Counted from the stretch's first letter, positions 49,550 to 61,089 are shown. The stretch is DNA of 64,000 nt from Cyanobacteria bacterium P01_F01_bin.150 (GCA_039189765.1 JBCCYL010000002.1:117768-181767); one strand, 5' to 3'. The notes: generated from the sequence alone by a model not told the origin. Made by a program: numbers and translations.

Positions 49550-49657
49550 CCGCGATTGTATCTATCCCCAAAAAACTCAGTTAAACGCGATCGCCCTCTT
49601 CAGATAATCCGTCATAATAGAGCAAAGCAGAGCTTGCCAATATAGAAAGGCCAAATC

Positions 49658-49912
49658 ATGAACTTTTCTCAGATTGAGGCGGATATTAAGTACATAACCA
49701 ATGCATCGGGAGAAAAGACAGAAGTTATTATTCCTGTGCAGCTTTGGGAAACACTACTAGGATTTCTCAATCTTCCTGAGAGTGGATTAGACCCTGTTGA
49801 TGAAAATGAACCTCATGGGAAGATTTTGGCTGATTTAAAGCAGTCTCTCCAAGAAGCCGCAAAAGGAGAGACTTATCCTGTTTCTGACTTGTGGAGTGAT
49901 GCTGAAGAGTAG
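49658..49912 (+). CDS. Putative antitoxin
   Basis: Small acidic protein (YITNASGEKTEVIIP...GETYPVSDLW) directly upstream of a RelE gene. Confidence 0.7.
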   Translation: MNFSQIEADIKYITNASGEKTEVIIPVQLWETLLGFLNLPESGLDPVDENEPHGKILADLKQSLQEAAKGETYPVSDLWSDAEE

Positions 49913-49913
49913 C

Positions 49914-50249
49914 ATGGTTGAAGTTCGGATTACGGCTCCATTTAAGCGACGATTTAAGGCACTTTCAAAGCGCTACCGAAAAATCCAGAGTGATATCAAG
50001 CCTGTGGTTGAAGCGCTTCAAAAAGGGCAGTTTGAGGGCGATCGCATTCCTAGTACGACCGTAACCGTCTTTAAAGTTCGTGCTAAAAACAGTGATATCC
50101 CAACAGGCAAAAGTGGTGGCTACCGGATTATCTATCAGCTTGTTTCCCCCAAACTGGTCTTTTTACTTCTCATCTATGCGAAGTCCGATCAGACGGATGT
50201 AGCTATCGAGGATATTGAGGAGGCTGTGCGTCAATCTCTTGCAGAATAG
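49914..50249 (+). CDS. Type II toxin, RelE/HigB family
   Basis: FKRRFKALSKRY, VFKVR.KNSD..TGKSGGYRIIY and LLLIYAKS. Confidence 0.88.
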   Translation: MVEVRITAPFKRRFKALSKRYRKIQSDIKPVVEALQKGQFEGDRIPSTTVTVFKVRAKNSDIPTGKSGGYRIIYQLVSPKLVFLLLIYAKSDQTDVAIEDIEEAVRQSLAE

Positions 50250-50387
50250 GCCATTGCCCACTGTCATCCCCGTGATTGCCCCTTCCATCAAAACTCACAG
50301 AAATGCGATCGCCCTTTGCTAGCAACAATCGCTTAATCCTCATGACACGATAGGCTAAGTTAGAATGAATTTACTAAGGTTGCTGTA

Positions 50388-50564
50388 ATGCCAACGACTG
50401 CACAATTGGGGTGTTTGTATCGCATTAGTTACTATTTGACCTACTTAATGTTTCATCCGATCCATTTGGTGTGTATTGATGCTCGGACCCGAAATCTATA
50501 TGTTTTGGCTGGTCAAAATGAAGAAATGGAATTTGAAGTAACGCCAGATGGAGAGGTGCTGTGA
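50388..50564 (+). CDS. Small DUF6888-like protein (58 aa, below the ORF-track cutoff)
   Basis: MPTTAQLGCLYRISYYLTYLMFHPIHLVCIDARTRNLYVLAGQNEEMEFEVTPDGEVL; its stop overlaps the next ATG (TGATG). Confidence 0.75.
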   Translation: MPTTAQLGCLYRISYYLTYLMFHPIHLVCIDARTRNLYVLAGQNEEMEFEVTPDGEVL

Positions 50565-50782
50565 TGAGTTCTATCAATTATGCGGCAATGTCATATCAAG
50601 AACTAAGGCGCTATTTCCTAGCTCACCGACAGGATAAAGCTGCATTGCAAGCTTACTTAGAAAAACGTCGAGAGCGATCGCAACGTATCATCACGACAGT
50701 AGACGATCCTGACTTCAACAGTAAAATTCATGCTGCTGTTGAACAGCAAGTAGCAACCTATCAGTTAAAAAACGGAAGTTAA
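50564..50782 (+). CDS. DUF6887-like protein
   Basis: NYAAMSYQELRRYFLAHRQD..A.QAY. Confidence 0.75.
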   Translation: MSSINYAAMSYQELRRYFLAHRQDKAALQAYLEKRRERSQRIITTVDDPDFNSKIHAAVEQQVATYQLKNGS

Positions 50783-51144
50783 AGCGATCGCCCCCTTCCA
50801 ATAAGCCCTTACAAAATGCGATCGCCCTCATATCATCGTCCTTTTCATCAGCTATATACCAAATACGATCGCCCTTCCTCCAAAAGGGATCGTTCTTCCT
50901 CTCAAAACTTTATGAAGGGTAACCGCCCCTAACAGCAGCAGCAATTGCTTCTCTCTTACAAAACCTTATGAAACGCGAGTGATGCTAATGATCACCTGTG
51001 AGCATCTCTATTTCCAACTATCACTCAAGCGCGGTCATCGCCACAATTCTCTCTAATCACATCTTCTCAAAAAACTACTCAAATGCGATTATTCTTCAAA
51101 CTGTCATCAGAGATGGCCTTCGCAACAAAATAATTCAGTGAATA

Positions 51145-51951
51145 TTATTTATCCTCCTCAGATCCAGTATCCACTGAATTATTTTGTTCTCCGGAAGGAA
51201 CATTAAGCGTGCTGTTAACATTTTGCTGATATCTTAGAACTTCTTTTGGATCGAGATTGATACCTATTCCACTCAGTTGTTGTAATACTAAATCAGTGTA
51301 AATTATAAAATCTTCCGTGCTAGTTTCTTGACCATCTCTTGAAGTGTTAGTAACCAGAAATCCTAGAAACTCATTTGAGAAATTGACATATTGAATAAAA
51401 ATATCACCATTCTTTTGAATATTCTCCTCATATTTAAGCCCAATCATTAAACTACCATAGACAAAAACGATACCAGTAGAGACCATAAATATATTTATGG
51501 CAGCATTATTAACTTTATCCCACCCTTCTCTACTAATAAAAAAAGCAGAGAAGAACATTAGGAAGGCACCTAAAGTAATGATAATAATAGTGACATATGA
51601 GCGAATAAAACAGTACCCAAGTATATTAGCATGGACATATTTTCTGATTAATATCTCTGAATAATACTGTCTTAAAACTTGTTTTTGAGCAGGCTCAGCA
51701 TTGTATTCAGCTAATATAGAATCAAAAATCACATAAGAATTTTCGGAAAAATTCTGAGCATCATTACTTTTTTGAGTAAATGTTCGAGGATCTGGAACGT
51801 TCATCCATCTAACCTGCTTTCTTTTACCAGATTCAGAAGCAACTAAATCGCAGAAACAAAAAGAAATGATTAGGGCCAATGAAAGTAAAACATGTCCTAG
51901 AAACGTTGGATTTTTATTTTCTGTTAGGCTGTTAACCAAATATTTATACAT
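51145..51951 (-). CDS. Hypothetical membrane protein (possible SLATT-like two-TM module)
   Basis: N-terminal TM, then two adjacent TMs followed by a helical region; AT-rich. Confidence 0.55.
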   Translation of the reverse strand: MYKYLVNSLTENKNPTFLGHVLLSLALIISFCFCDLVASESGKRKQVRWMNVPDPRTFTQKSNDAQNFSENSYVIFDSILAEYNAEPAQKQVLRQYYSEILIRKYVHANILGYCFIRSYVTIIIITLGAFLMFFSAFFISREGWDKVNNAAINIFMVSTGIVFVYGSLMIGLKYEENIQKNGDIFIQYVNFSNEFLGFLVTNTSRDGQETSTEDFIIYTDLVLQQLSGIGINLDPKEVLRYQQNVNSTLNVPSGEQNNSVDTGSEEDK

Positions 51952-52115
51952 AAGGAATTCTATCTATTAAAAAAATGACATGTTCTTAATATATTGTCTC
52001 GGTCATAAAATAATGAGAAATTCCAATGCCCACATAAATCTTGATTACCAAAAGCCTGAATCACTAATTACAATCAAGCTAATGATCTAATGAATCTAAG
52101 CTGTCAATACTCTTT

Positions 52116-52206
52116 TAAGTAGGTAGCACATTTATTTTGCAAATAAGCCGCAGAACTAAAAAAATTAGTAATCTCGGTCTTAAACTTAATTTGGTCTACC
52201 TACGTA
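52116..52206. mobile_element. MITE-like short element
   Basis: TAAGTAGGTAG...CTACCTACGTA inverted termini; similar size and ends to 9286-9378. Confidence 0.45.
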
Positions 52207-52264
52207 GAAGAGGATGCTAATGCTAAAAAAGTCTCAAGAGCAAGACTTTCATTTATTAAATTTA

Positions 52265-54859
52265 TTAGTCTATTATTTCACAGATAATAGATGTATTCTG
52301 GTCACTTGACGTTTGGGCCTCAGACAATTCCTTTTCCCTAATAGATATATCTCGTTGAGACGTATTGTCACAATTGCCAGTGAAATTCAATGATTGTAAT
52401 TGCTCAGATATTTGCTCTTGGGAGGCCTCAGCTAAATACCATCCTAATGGTAAATTAGTGCTATCTAAACCAATTTTTCTCAGATTACTGGGATCAACAA
52501 TGTATTCTGCTTGCTGAATTATACTTTTGCCAATTTCTGATCGCGTATTCCAAAGTGTTCGAACCGGAGAAAGTAGTTCATTTAAGCCATCCGCTCTTTC
52601 CGAATGACTATCTGACTTGGGAGTCTGGCCAGATGACTCTTCGATAATTGAAAGGTATATGAACTTAACATTATCTATCCCATTTTCCTTGCAATATCGT
52701 TCCAATTCTTGTCCAATATCTAGTGCTGTAAGCATCCCTGAATTATCAAAATAGCCCCCATCTGCTAAACGAATTTTTTTAATTTCATCACTATCCGTAT
52801 CTTTACCCTTAAACCACGCTACAGGAGTAATTAAAGGAAATCTAGCACTCAGACCAGCTGCTGTACTAAGATTAAAATTGATGTCTTCCTTGTAAGCTGT
52901 TATGTCCTTGAGCCTGGGAGTTTCTGAAGCGTTAGGAATTGATATTTTAAAGGGACTTATCACAACTCGTTCACCTGTTTCAACAATAGTTGCATTGATG
53001 ATTAAGGCAGGTGCAGAACCCTTTGGATCCCAATGTTGGTAGAATGAATTCGATAAAGGATTGTCAGATAAATTAGCAAGAGTTTTACTCCACGCATTTT
53101 CCAAGGCAAATTCTAAACCTCTAGCACGATCCCAATCGTATATGGGACGGGGTAAAAAGCGTTGAGCGAAATCAGCAAACAATCCTGTCGCTAGTAATGG
53201 TGAAAGAAAGTCTTCTCCAAGAATTCTGTCTGCTGTTGAGGTGAAACAATCTTTAGATTGTGACTCATTACACACATTAGATTTAACTAGGCTCGAAAAA
53301 GTAGCTGCACCAACACTTCCTCCCGATACGCTACTGATAGCAAATACATGATTTGCGAAAGAAGATGACTGTTGCTGAACGGTGGGCGATGTATGAGTGG
53401 CGGATAGTTCTTGCAATCTTGCTAGAGACATCGCAGCATGGTAAGCCGCGTAAATGCCTCCTCCCTGTGCCGAGACAATATAGACAGGATATGTTTCTTC
53501 TTTGTTACGATCTTTTCGCGCATTTAACCAGCTATTAAAGCTACTGTCCAGAGATATTAAATCAGGCTTTTCTTCTAAGACTTGTCTTATCTGATGATTA
53601 TCATTCCAATTAAAGTAACTAGAAAAAAACGCTATCCCAAGGATAAGACCTATGAGCGGAAATTTACGCCGATGTCCAAAATGAAAAGCTGAGGTAGAAA
53701 TAAAGAGGAAACACAATAAAAAAAAGCAGATAATCCCTATAGAACCAACCGTTACAGAGATGTCCACTAGTGTGAAAGGTTTGCCAAATAAAATTAAAAA
53801 GATCCCAAAAATCGTGAAAGTAAATCCTATAATAATATTTTTTATGCTGCCCCATTCTACTTTTTTTAAAGCTACGCTTGCATGCAATAAATAAAGGCAT
53901 GAAAACAATAAAATACATATAAGTATACAAGCTACAGTCCCTAACGAGAGTAATTTCGGATTTAAAGGAATGGTAAAAGCACAAAAAACTAAAGCTGTAA
54001 TAGTAACTCCTAAAATCTCACCCTCAGGTCCAAAAAGGCTGTTAATACCAACTTGCTGATTTTTTTCTGACTTTTTTGAACTTTTAAATAGTAATGTCCT
54101 ATTCTTTATGAAAAATAAAAGTACGGAAAGCAAACCAGAAGCTAGGAAAACTATATAATCCCAATCTTTAAGGCTATTCTGAATATCAACAGATCTGCGG
54201 TACCCAAATATTATGCCTAACAGAGGTACTAATGCTAATAACCGAGGAATTACTATTAATACTGTAATGCGAATTCGTTCTTTCAGCTCTTCATTATCTG
54301 CTTTAATGGGTTCAGGAACGCTTTTGCCAAAAATAATGCATTTTCCTAAAGTGTCAACAACCAAAGAGTCAACTATCCAGAAGATTATTAAAAAGATGCA
54401 TAACCCTAGCCCAGTTAATGTAACGCTGGGATAAAATTCTATAATTTTACAGACAGATATGGAAAAAATCAAATAAGTAAAAAAGCAACAGACCAAATAA
54501 AAGATGAAAGAAAAATCTCGATTTATTTGAGAAATAGCATTTCTTCTTTCCCCGTATTTTGGCCCTATATCCTTGTCCTCTACTTTTCTGTTTTCAGCTA
54601 ATTGTCGACTGCAATACCAAACTAAGAATGAAAGTAAGAATACAAGGACAGTATTGGCTTTTATTCCTGCTATATTTTCACTTTCAAAAAATGCCTGATA
54701 TATTTCTAGAGCTTGGCTAACAGAACTGAAAAGGAAGAATGATAAAAATGCTATAACAACTGGTATTCTGAAATACCACACTTCCCTTAAAAAAGGTTCT
54801 GCAATATTGCTATAGGGTCGAAATTCCCAATCGTTCCTCGCTCCATTACCACTTTTCAT
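52265..54859 (-). CDS. Multi-TM protein with C-terminal patatin-like phospholipase domain
   Basis: AQGGGIYAA glycine loop, SVSGGS nucleophile elbow, SARFP and DGGYFDNSG. Confidence 0.8.
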   Translation of the reverse strand: MKSGNGARNDWEFRPYSNIAEPFLREVWYFRIPVVIAFLSFFLFSSVSQALEIYQAFFESENIAGIKANTVLVFLLSFLVWYCSRQLAENRKVEDKDIGPKYGERRNAISQINRDFSFIFYLVCCFFTYLIFSISVCKIIEFYPSVTLTGLGLCIFLIIFWIVDSLVVDTLGKCIIFGKSVPEPIKADNEELKERIRITVLIVIPRLLALVPLLGIIFGYRRSVDIQNSLKDWDYIVFLASGLLSVLLFFIKNRTLLFKSSKKSEKNQQVGINSLFGPEGEILGVTITALVFCAFTIPLNPKLLSLGTVACILICILLFSCLYLLHASVALKKVEWGSIKNIIIGFTFTIFGIFLILFGKPFTLVDISVTVGSIGIICFFLLCFLFISTSAFHFGHRRKFPLIGLILGIAFFSSYFNWNDNHQIRQVLEEKPDLISLDSSFNSWLNARKDRNKEETYPVYIVSAQGGGIYAAYHAAMSLARLQELSATHTSPTVQQQSSSFANHVFAISSVSGGSVGAATFSSLVKSNVCNESQSKDCFTSTADRILGEDFLSPLLATGLFADFAQRFLPRPIYDWDRARGLEFALENAWSKTLANLSDNPLSNSFYQHWDPKGSAPALIINATIVETGERVVISPFKISIPNASETPRLKDITAYKEDINFNLSTAAGLSARFPLITPVAWFKGKDTDSDEIKKIRLADGGYFDNSGMLTALDIGQELERYCKENGIDNVKFIYLSIIEESSGQTPKSDSHSERADGLNELLSPVRTLWNTRSEIGKSIIQQAEYIVDPSNLRKIGLDSTNLPLGWYLAEASQEQISEQLQSLNFTGNCDNTSQRDISIREKELSEAQTSSDQNTSIICEIID

Positions 54860-55134
54860 ATCCTAATCCTTCTAAATTTGGTGGCTCAGTTCAGCAGATT
54901 TGTTTTTTAGTATTTTCTCAGTTAATCGACTCTTACCTTCCAGGTTGAGAATATTTATCAAAATTTTGTATATTTTATTTTGAATTTGGAACGTAAAATT
55001 TACGAAAATCAATAAAAATTAGGTGAAGCAGAGTATTCTTGCTAATTTTTTATAAAAAAATCTCCCACAATCATAAGTCTGTAGAAGGCTTTATACAGAT
55101 AAAATAATGTAAGAAAAATTAATTATTTAACGCA

Positions 55135-55188
55135 TTCAATGCGATTTTCTACTTCTTCGTAGATGTATTACAGCATCCCCAGGTTCTC
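55135..55188 (-). repeat. Degenerate duplicate of the chlH 3' end
   Basis: 47/54 identity to 55379-55432, with an identical 26-bp core. Confidence 0.85.
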
Positions 55189-55309
55189 ATTAATAATATG
55201 TTCATTTGCCTTCAGCAGGGGACTAGCCATTCGATTGAATTATCTAAATAGCTAAAAACACTCATTTCCTCCATTGAGGTAAAGAGTTTGTCGTAGCGAT
55301 CGCCGTTAT

Positions 55310-55342
55310 AAATCCCAGGGTTCTTTGAGAACCCTGGGATTT
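55310..55342 (-). terminator. chlH terminator hairpin
   Basis: AAATCCCAGGGTTCT-ttg-AGAACCCTGGGATTT. Confidence 0.75.
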
Positions 55343-55366
55343 GAAGCTCAGCCGATTAAGCTAATT

Positions 55367-58300
55367 TTACTCGACTCCTTCGATGCGATTTTCTACTTCT
55401 TCGTAGATATCCTGCAGCATCTCTAGGTTCTCGTCACTGGTCTCCCAGTAGCCACGACCGTTGACCTCAAGCAGAGTGCTAACGATACGACGGAAGGAAT
55501 GGGGATTAAGGTTCATCAACCGTTTCCGCATTTCCTCGTCCTTGATAAAGGTGTCGTTGGTGTCTTCATAGACCCAGTTGTCCACCGCATCCGCCGTGGC
55601 TGACCAGCCCATGGTGTTGACCAGACGCTTTGATAGCTCCCGTACTCCTTCATAGCCATGGGACAGCATGCCCTCGTACCACTTGGGATTAAGCATCTTA
55701 GTACGGACATCCAGGCGTACGGTTTCCGATAGGGTCCGGACCTGGGCATTGGCCGTGGTGGTGTCCGCCATAAAGGCTTTAGGCTTTTTGCCATCGTCCC
55801 GTAGCTGACCAATCAGCTTGGTGGGGTCAGAGTCAAAGTAGTGGGACACATCCGTTAAGGAAATCTCAGAAGAATCCAGATTTTGGAAGGTCAGATCCAC
55901 CGTCTTCAGCGCCGACTCCAGCATGCCGCGAGAGTGGTCCATCACTCCAGGATTATCGGAGTTAAAGGAGAAAGACTTACGCTTGAGATACATCTCCTGA
56001 AGCTCCTGCTCCTCTTCCCATGAGCTATTTTCCACCGCCAGGTTAACGTTGGCCGCATAGGATCCAGAAGCATTGGAAAAGACGCGGGTTGCTGCTTGAC
56101 GCAGGTTAAGCCCCATCTCCTCCGCTTGGTGGAGCGCGTGCTTACGGATAAAGTTCATTTCCAGAGGCTCATCTGCTTCCGCAGCCATCTTAACGGCCCG
56201 ATCGATTAGCGCCATCTGGTTAATAAACAAATCGCGGAATACGCCGGAGCAGTTGACAACTACGTCAATGCGGGGACGATCCAGCTCCTCTAGGGGGATT
56301 AGCTCAAGCTTATTGACCCGACCCAAAGAATCAGCCACAGGCTGGACGCCAAGCAGCATCAACACCTGGCCCAAGGACTCACCATAGGTCTTGATATTGT
56401 CAGTGCCCCAGAGCATAAAGGCAATACTTTCAGGATACTTGCCGTCATTCTCGGATCGCTGACGCTCCAATAGCCGCTCTACTACAACCTTGGCGGACCG
56501 AACCGCAGCAGTGGTGGGAATCGACTGGGGATCAAGGGCATGGATATTTTTACCCGTTGGCAATACATCAGGGTTACGGATGGGGTCACCACCGGGACCG
56601 GGCAGGACATAGCGGCCTTCCAAGCCTCGAAGCAATGCGCCCAACTCGTTATCGGCAACCACCTGCTTTAGGCAGAACTGGAGATACTCAAACAGCGGCT
56701 TGAGGTCTTCCTTGTTGACGTTGGGATACCCTGCTTTTTGCAGAGGCTTAATCCAGGGTTCTTTATTCCCCCCAAACAGGGAGCCAAAGTCAAGGGCCTT
56801 AGATATAAGCCCTTGGTCATCGGTTTGCTCGTCCACCATGGCGAAGATCGCCTCTCGCACGGCTTGGGTAATGTCGTACTGGAGTTGAACATCGTCGAGA
56901 TGACCGCGATCGCTATTCCGATAAATCTCCTCAATATCCCGCTCTAGACTTTCCGCAATAATTCGGGGCAGACTCTTCATCCCCTCTTTCTCACGGTCCA
57001 AATTAGCGATATTAACCAGTGTGGCCACTGCCTCTTCAGCTGTTGGCGCACAGCCAATCACATGTAGCCCACAGGGCAACAAGCGAGATTCGATTTCCAT
57101 CAGCTTGATGTAAACCTTGCCCACCAAATTATCCCGTTCATCTTGAGCCATCTCCTTGGCGTCAATCTCGGGTAGCTCAACATCCTTATCCAGGTTCACC
57201 AACCGCGCTTTGTCGATAATGGCATTAACAATCGCTGGACCACGGCCTGAATCCTTCAGCGTCTGATAAGAGCCAATCAAATCGCTTAGCTCTTTTAGAC
57301 CCTTGTAAAGACCCGCATTTTCCGCTGGTGGGGTCAAATAGCTAATGGTTTCAGCATAGCTACGGCGCTTAGCAATGGTCGCCTCAGAGGGATTATTCGC
57401 TGCGTAGTAATAGAGATTAGGCGTCATCCCGATCAGGCTATCGGGGTAACACATGCCAGACATCCCCATCTGCTTACCGGGCATAAACTCCAAAGAACCG
57501 TGGGTTCCAAAGTGAAGCACGGCGTCCGCTTTCCAAACTCGCTCCAGATAGGTGTAGTAAGCGGCAAATCCATGATGCGGGCTGGCAGACTTGGAGAACA
57601 ACAGCCGCATTGGGTCACCCTCGTAGCCAAAGGTAGGCTGGATGCCAATAAAGATATTGCCAAAGTGCTTACCAAACACCAGCAGGTTCTGACCATCACT
57701 GTTTAAGTGTCCCGGTGCCGGCCCCCAGGATTCCTCCAATCGCTTGTGGTAGGGCGTCAATCGCTCATACTCACTGACAGACATGGAATAGGCAATATTT
57801 AGCTCGGGGCTGTTGTACTGGGCTTGGGCATCATGCAGCACCTCAAGCATCAGTGCCTCAGCGGTCTCTGGGACATCCTCTACGGTGTAGCCATCCTGCT
57901 TTAGAGCCTTTAGGACCTTGTGAATAGACCCAAACACGTCTAGGTAAGCCGCAGTTCCCACATTGCCCTTGTCTGGGGGGAAGCTAAATACGGTAATCGC
58001 TAGCTTTTTCTCTGCTGTCTTCAGACGGCGCAGATTTGCCCACTTCATTGCCCGTTGGGCCACAGCTTCAATGCGGTCTTGCAATGCAATGGAACGACCA
58101 GTGTTACCATCACGACCAGATAGAACAATGGGTTCAATGGCACCATCTAGCTCAGGGATGGCAATCTGCAATGCCACTTGAATCGGATGCAGACCCAGAT
58201 CGCTTTCTTCCCATTCCTCAGTGGTTTGGAAGACCAAAGGCAAGGCTACCATGTAAGGACAATCCAAGCGCTTTAGCGACTCAATGGCTTTGGGATGATC

Positions 58301-59359
58301 TTGCCTAGCAGGACCACCAACCAATGCAAAGCCTGTCAGAGACACAACTGTATCTACTAAAGGCTGTCCAGAATTTAGCGGATCGTAGAAAAACGTGTCC
58401 ACGGGCTTAGAAAAGTCCAGTCCCCCGGAGAACACAGGAATCACCTTGGCTCCCATGCACTCTAGCTCCTGCACCATTGCCACATAGTGGGCATCATCTC
58501 CAGTAACCAGATGGGTCCGCTGAATCACCAACCCAATACATGGAGTATTATCCTGCTTTAGTTCATCACCAATATCTTTACGGGATTGGTGCCAGTTTAA
58601 ATACTCCTTTATGTCCTCAAACATCTGAGGTGCAAGAGGATGCCAAATTCCGATATCAGGATAGGTTACAGGGGCTAAATAGCTGAGTTCCTCGCTAGTG
58701 GGAGACTCTTTATCCTCTAATACATACTTGTCGATCAGCATCAAGAGGAAGTTCTCCAAGTTCTCAGACGAACCACCCAACCAATACTGAAAACTCAGCA
58801 TAAAGCTACGGGCATCCTGAGCCTTATCTACGGGCAGATATTTCAGGATCTTGGGCAGCGTGCGCAATAGCTTCAGCATTGAATCCTGGAAACTACCAGC
58901 TCCAGACTTCTCCTTGCGCTTCCTCATAAACTGAGCAATCAGGCTCTTCGACTGCCCTAACTGAGCCATCGAAAAACTGCCTAACTTGTTAAGGCGCATT
59001 ACTTCAGGCATGGAAGGAAATACCACTGCCGCACTTAAGCGATCGCGATGGGGCTTTACGGCTGCGACCACCTTTTCCGCTAGCTCTTCAACGAAGATCA
59101 GAGAGCCGATAAAGATATTCGCTGCCGCAACATCTTTCTTAAACGCTTCGTAGTTTTCCTGGCTACGGAGTTCCTCCAATACATACCCGCTAATTTCAAC
59201 TGCGACGTTGGAGTTATGCTTGTTGATTGACCGTACTGCCGCTGACAATGAACTTTGATACTGCGGCTCTAAAACGACATAGACCACTTTGATTAGCTCA
59301 CGCCCATCCAAATTTACTGGGGCAATGTGTCTAACCGTGGGCTTGACGTGTGTGAACAT
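55367..59359 (-). CDS. chlH: Magnesium chelatase subunit H
   Basis: [12 protein letters not shown] start, [26 protein letters not shown] and [10 protein letters not shown]. Confidence 0.98.
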   Translation of the reverse strand: MFTHVKPTVRHIAPVNLDGRELIKVVYVVLEPQYQSSLSAAVRSINKHNSNVAVEISGYVLEELRSQENYEAFKKDVAAANIFIGSLIFVEELAEKVVAAVKPHRDRLSAAVVFPSMPEVMRLNKLGSFSMAQLGQSKSLIAQFMRKRKEKSGAGSFQDSMLKLLRTLPKILKYLPVDKAQDARSFMLSFQYWLGGSSENLENFLLMLIDKYVLEDKESPTSEELSYLAPVTYPDIGIWHPLAPQMFEDIKEYLNWHQSRKDIGDELKQDNTPCIGLVIQRTHLVTGDDAHYVAMVQELECMGAKVIPVFSGGLDFSKPVDTFFYDPLNSGQPLVDTVVSLTGFALVGGPARQDHPKAIESLKRLDCPYMVALPLVFQTTEEWEESDLGLHPIQVALQIAIPELDGAIEPIVLSGRDGNTGRSIALQDRIEAVAQRAMKWANLRRLKTAEKKLAITVFSFPPDKGNVGTAAYLDVFGSIHKVLKALKQDGYTVEDVPETAEALMLEVLHDAQAQYNSPELNIAYSMSVSEYERLTPYHKRLEESWGPAPGHLNSDGQNLLVFGKHFGNIFIGIQPTFGYEGDPMRLLFSKSASPHHGFAAYYTYLERVWKADAVLHFGTHGSLEFMPGKQMGMSGMCYPDSLIGMTPNLYYYAANNPSEATIAKRRSYAETISYLTPPAENAGLYKGLKELSDLIGSYQTLKDSGRGPAIVNAIIDKARLVNLDKDVELPEIDAKEMAQDERDNLVGKVYIKLMEIESRLLPCGLHVIGCAPTAEEAVATLVNIANLDREKEGMKSLPRIIAESLERDIEEIYRNSDRGHLDDVQLQYDITQAVREAIFAMVDEQTDDQGLISKALDFGSLFGGNKEPWIKPLQKAGYPNVNKEDLKPLFEYLQFCLKQVVADNELGALLRGLEGRYVLPGPGGDPIRNPDVLPTGKNIHALDPQSIPTTAAVRSAKVVVERLLERQRSENDGKYPESIAFMLWGTDNIKTYGESLGQVLMLLGVQPVADSLGRVNKLELIPLEELDRPRIDVVVNCSGVFRDLFINQMALIDRAVKMAAEADEPLEMNFIRKHALHQAEEMGLNLRQAATRVFSNASGSYAANVNLAVENSSWEEEQELQEMYLKRKSFSFNSDNPGVMDHSRGMLESALKTVDLTFQNLDSSEISLTDVSHYFDSDPTKLIGQLRDDGKKPKAFMADTTTANAQVRTLSETVRLDVRTKMLNPKWYEGMLSHGYEGVRELSKRLVNTMGWSATADAVDNWVYEDTNDTFIKDEEMRKRLMNLNPHSFRRIVSTLLEVNGRGYWETSDENLEMLQDIYEEVENRIEGVE

Positions 59360-59759
59360 CCAGACGACTCCTATTGCAAACGCATACTTACCTAGCAACA
59401 GCGGCTTAGAAGAGGTATTTTAATGCCGCCGCGACTAGCTCTTCCCATGTTTAAAACTTGTATCAAAAAACGTATAGGCAGGAGAGCACTCACTCACCAA
59501 GTGACACAATTTGAGAGAAAAAGTGCAGCTTTGCCGCGAATGATTTAATTATCAATCAAGTATATGCCCCGCAAATATTAATTAATATTAAGATAGCACT
59601 AAGTGTACCTGAAAACTCTTTTATGAAGGTGGTTAGAGCGGTTTCTTTATTTTTGGGAACCGAATGAGCTAGGCATTTAGATATGTAAACTGCCGTAGTT
59701 GTTTGTATGTGCCATTGCACATTCTTGCCTATGTCTATAAGTAAGGTATTAAGGAGTCG

Positions 59760-61037
59760 TCATGGCTGAATGACACTATTTGCTTTTGCCTTAACTAACC
59801 AGTTGTGGTGATTTTTGGCCAATTTATGAGTGTTTGTATCGCCCAAGTTTTCCAAGGCCATCAATATAGCGTAGGGTAGGTCAAAAAGAGGGGATGTAAA
59901 GCTGGATTGCAATTCGGGAATAGCACGCAGGTCACCCAACTCGCCCAGTGCGATCGCCGCTGCCGCTCTAGATTTTTGAAACTGAGGAGCTTGGTTATGG
60001 AGTGCCTCAACCAGTAAGTCATAAGCATCAGCACACTTTAGCCATCCGAAAAGTTTCATGACGTGGAAATGAGCACCGTAATCGTTATGAGCTTCCTCTT
60101 TATAGGTGGCAAACAGGGCTTCAGGGGCTTCCTCAGAGTAGTGCTCCAAGATAGTTTTTACGGCTAAATAGCACCGACCAAAGTCTGTTTGATACAGCTC
60201 ACGAATCAAAAACGGCAAATTAGGCACCACGTCGTAGGCATGAACCAAATCTAGGCCATCAGGATGATCTAACAGCGTCTTCTCGATGTAAGGTCGAACA
60301 AATTTAAACGTCAGCGTTTCGGCTTTGTGGCCGACCGTCGATAGAAAACGAATGCCCCGTAGACGAAAGGCGATGGAAACAGGTGCCCGAGACATTTCGT
60401 GAATTGCTCCAATATATTGGGCATCAATTAGATCTTGAATTGCCAAGCGTCGCACAATCACCATGGGGTGAAACATAAACTCGACAACTTTTTCCATCAG
60501 GGCATAGTCATCGGTAAATCGACACACGGCTGAAATGGCAGCACTGGCCACTGGGGCATCTTCCGCATCAATAAAGGTACGAATTTTGTCCAAAGCAGTT
60601 TTGTGGCCTAACTTTGCCAAGGTATGAATCACTACGCGATGATTTTGCTCTTTGCGATCAAGTTGAGCGACAATCTCATCCAGAAGGGTGGCATCAGTGG
60701 TTCCGATCTCGCCGATGGCCCACACTGCATTTTCAACCGTCAGATGATCGTCTTCGATAAGACATTTTCTGATAGTAGATACAGCTTGTGATGCTTTTAA
60801 TTTCCCCAGCGACTCCACCGACTTGCGGCGGACAATTCGATTTTCTAGAGACTGGTCTTCTGTGGCTTCAACCGCTCGTATTAATGCCTGGATAGAGCTA
60901 TCCGTGGAGAAGTTGATCAGGTGAGAAGCGGCTACGTAACGGGAATCGCCTTCTTTGAGTTGAGATTGGGGAGTATCGAGGAGCGCGATCGCCTCTTCTT
61001 CACTCAAATTAAACAGATTATTAAAACGCTTATCCAT
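59760..61037 (-). CDS. cpeY: Phycoerythrobilin lyase CpeY (HEAT repeats)
   Basis: MDKRFNNLFNLSEEEAIALL..SRYVAASHL, IVRRKSVE, TDFGRCYLA, NDYGAHFHV and PQFQKSR match CpeY as recalled. Confidence 0.82.
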   Translation of the reverse strand: MDKRFNNLFNLSEEEAIALLDTPQSQLKEGDSRYVAASHLINFSTDSSIQALIRAVEATEDQSLENRIVRRKSVESLGKLKASQAVSTIRKCLIEDDHLTVENAVWAIGEIGTTDATLLDEIVAQLDRKEQNHRVVIHTLAKLGHKTALDKIRTFIDAEDAPVASAAISAVCRFTDDYALMEKVVEFMFHPMVIVRRLAIQDLIDAQYIGAIHEMSRAPVSIAFRLRGIRFLSTVGHKAETLTFKFVRPYIEKTLLDHPDGLDLVHAYDVVPNLPFLIRELYQTDFGRCYLAVKTILEHYSEEAPEALFATYKEEAHNDYGAHFHVMKLFGWLKCADAYDLLVEALHNQAPQFQKSRAAAAIALGELGDLRAIPELQSSFTSPLFDLPYAILMALENLGDTNTHKLAKNHHNWLVKAKANSVIQP

Positions 61038-61089
61038 CGATTGTTTAGCTATTGGTTGCTTTGCTCTAGAGCATCCAAAATTATACTCT

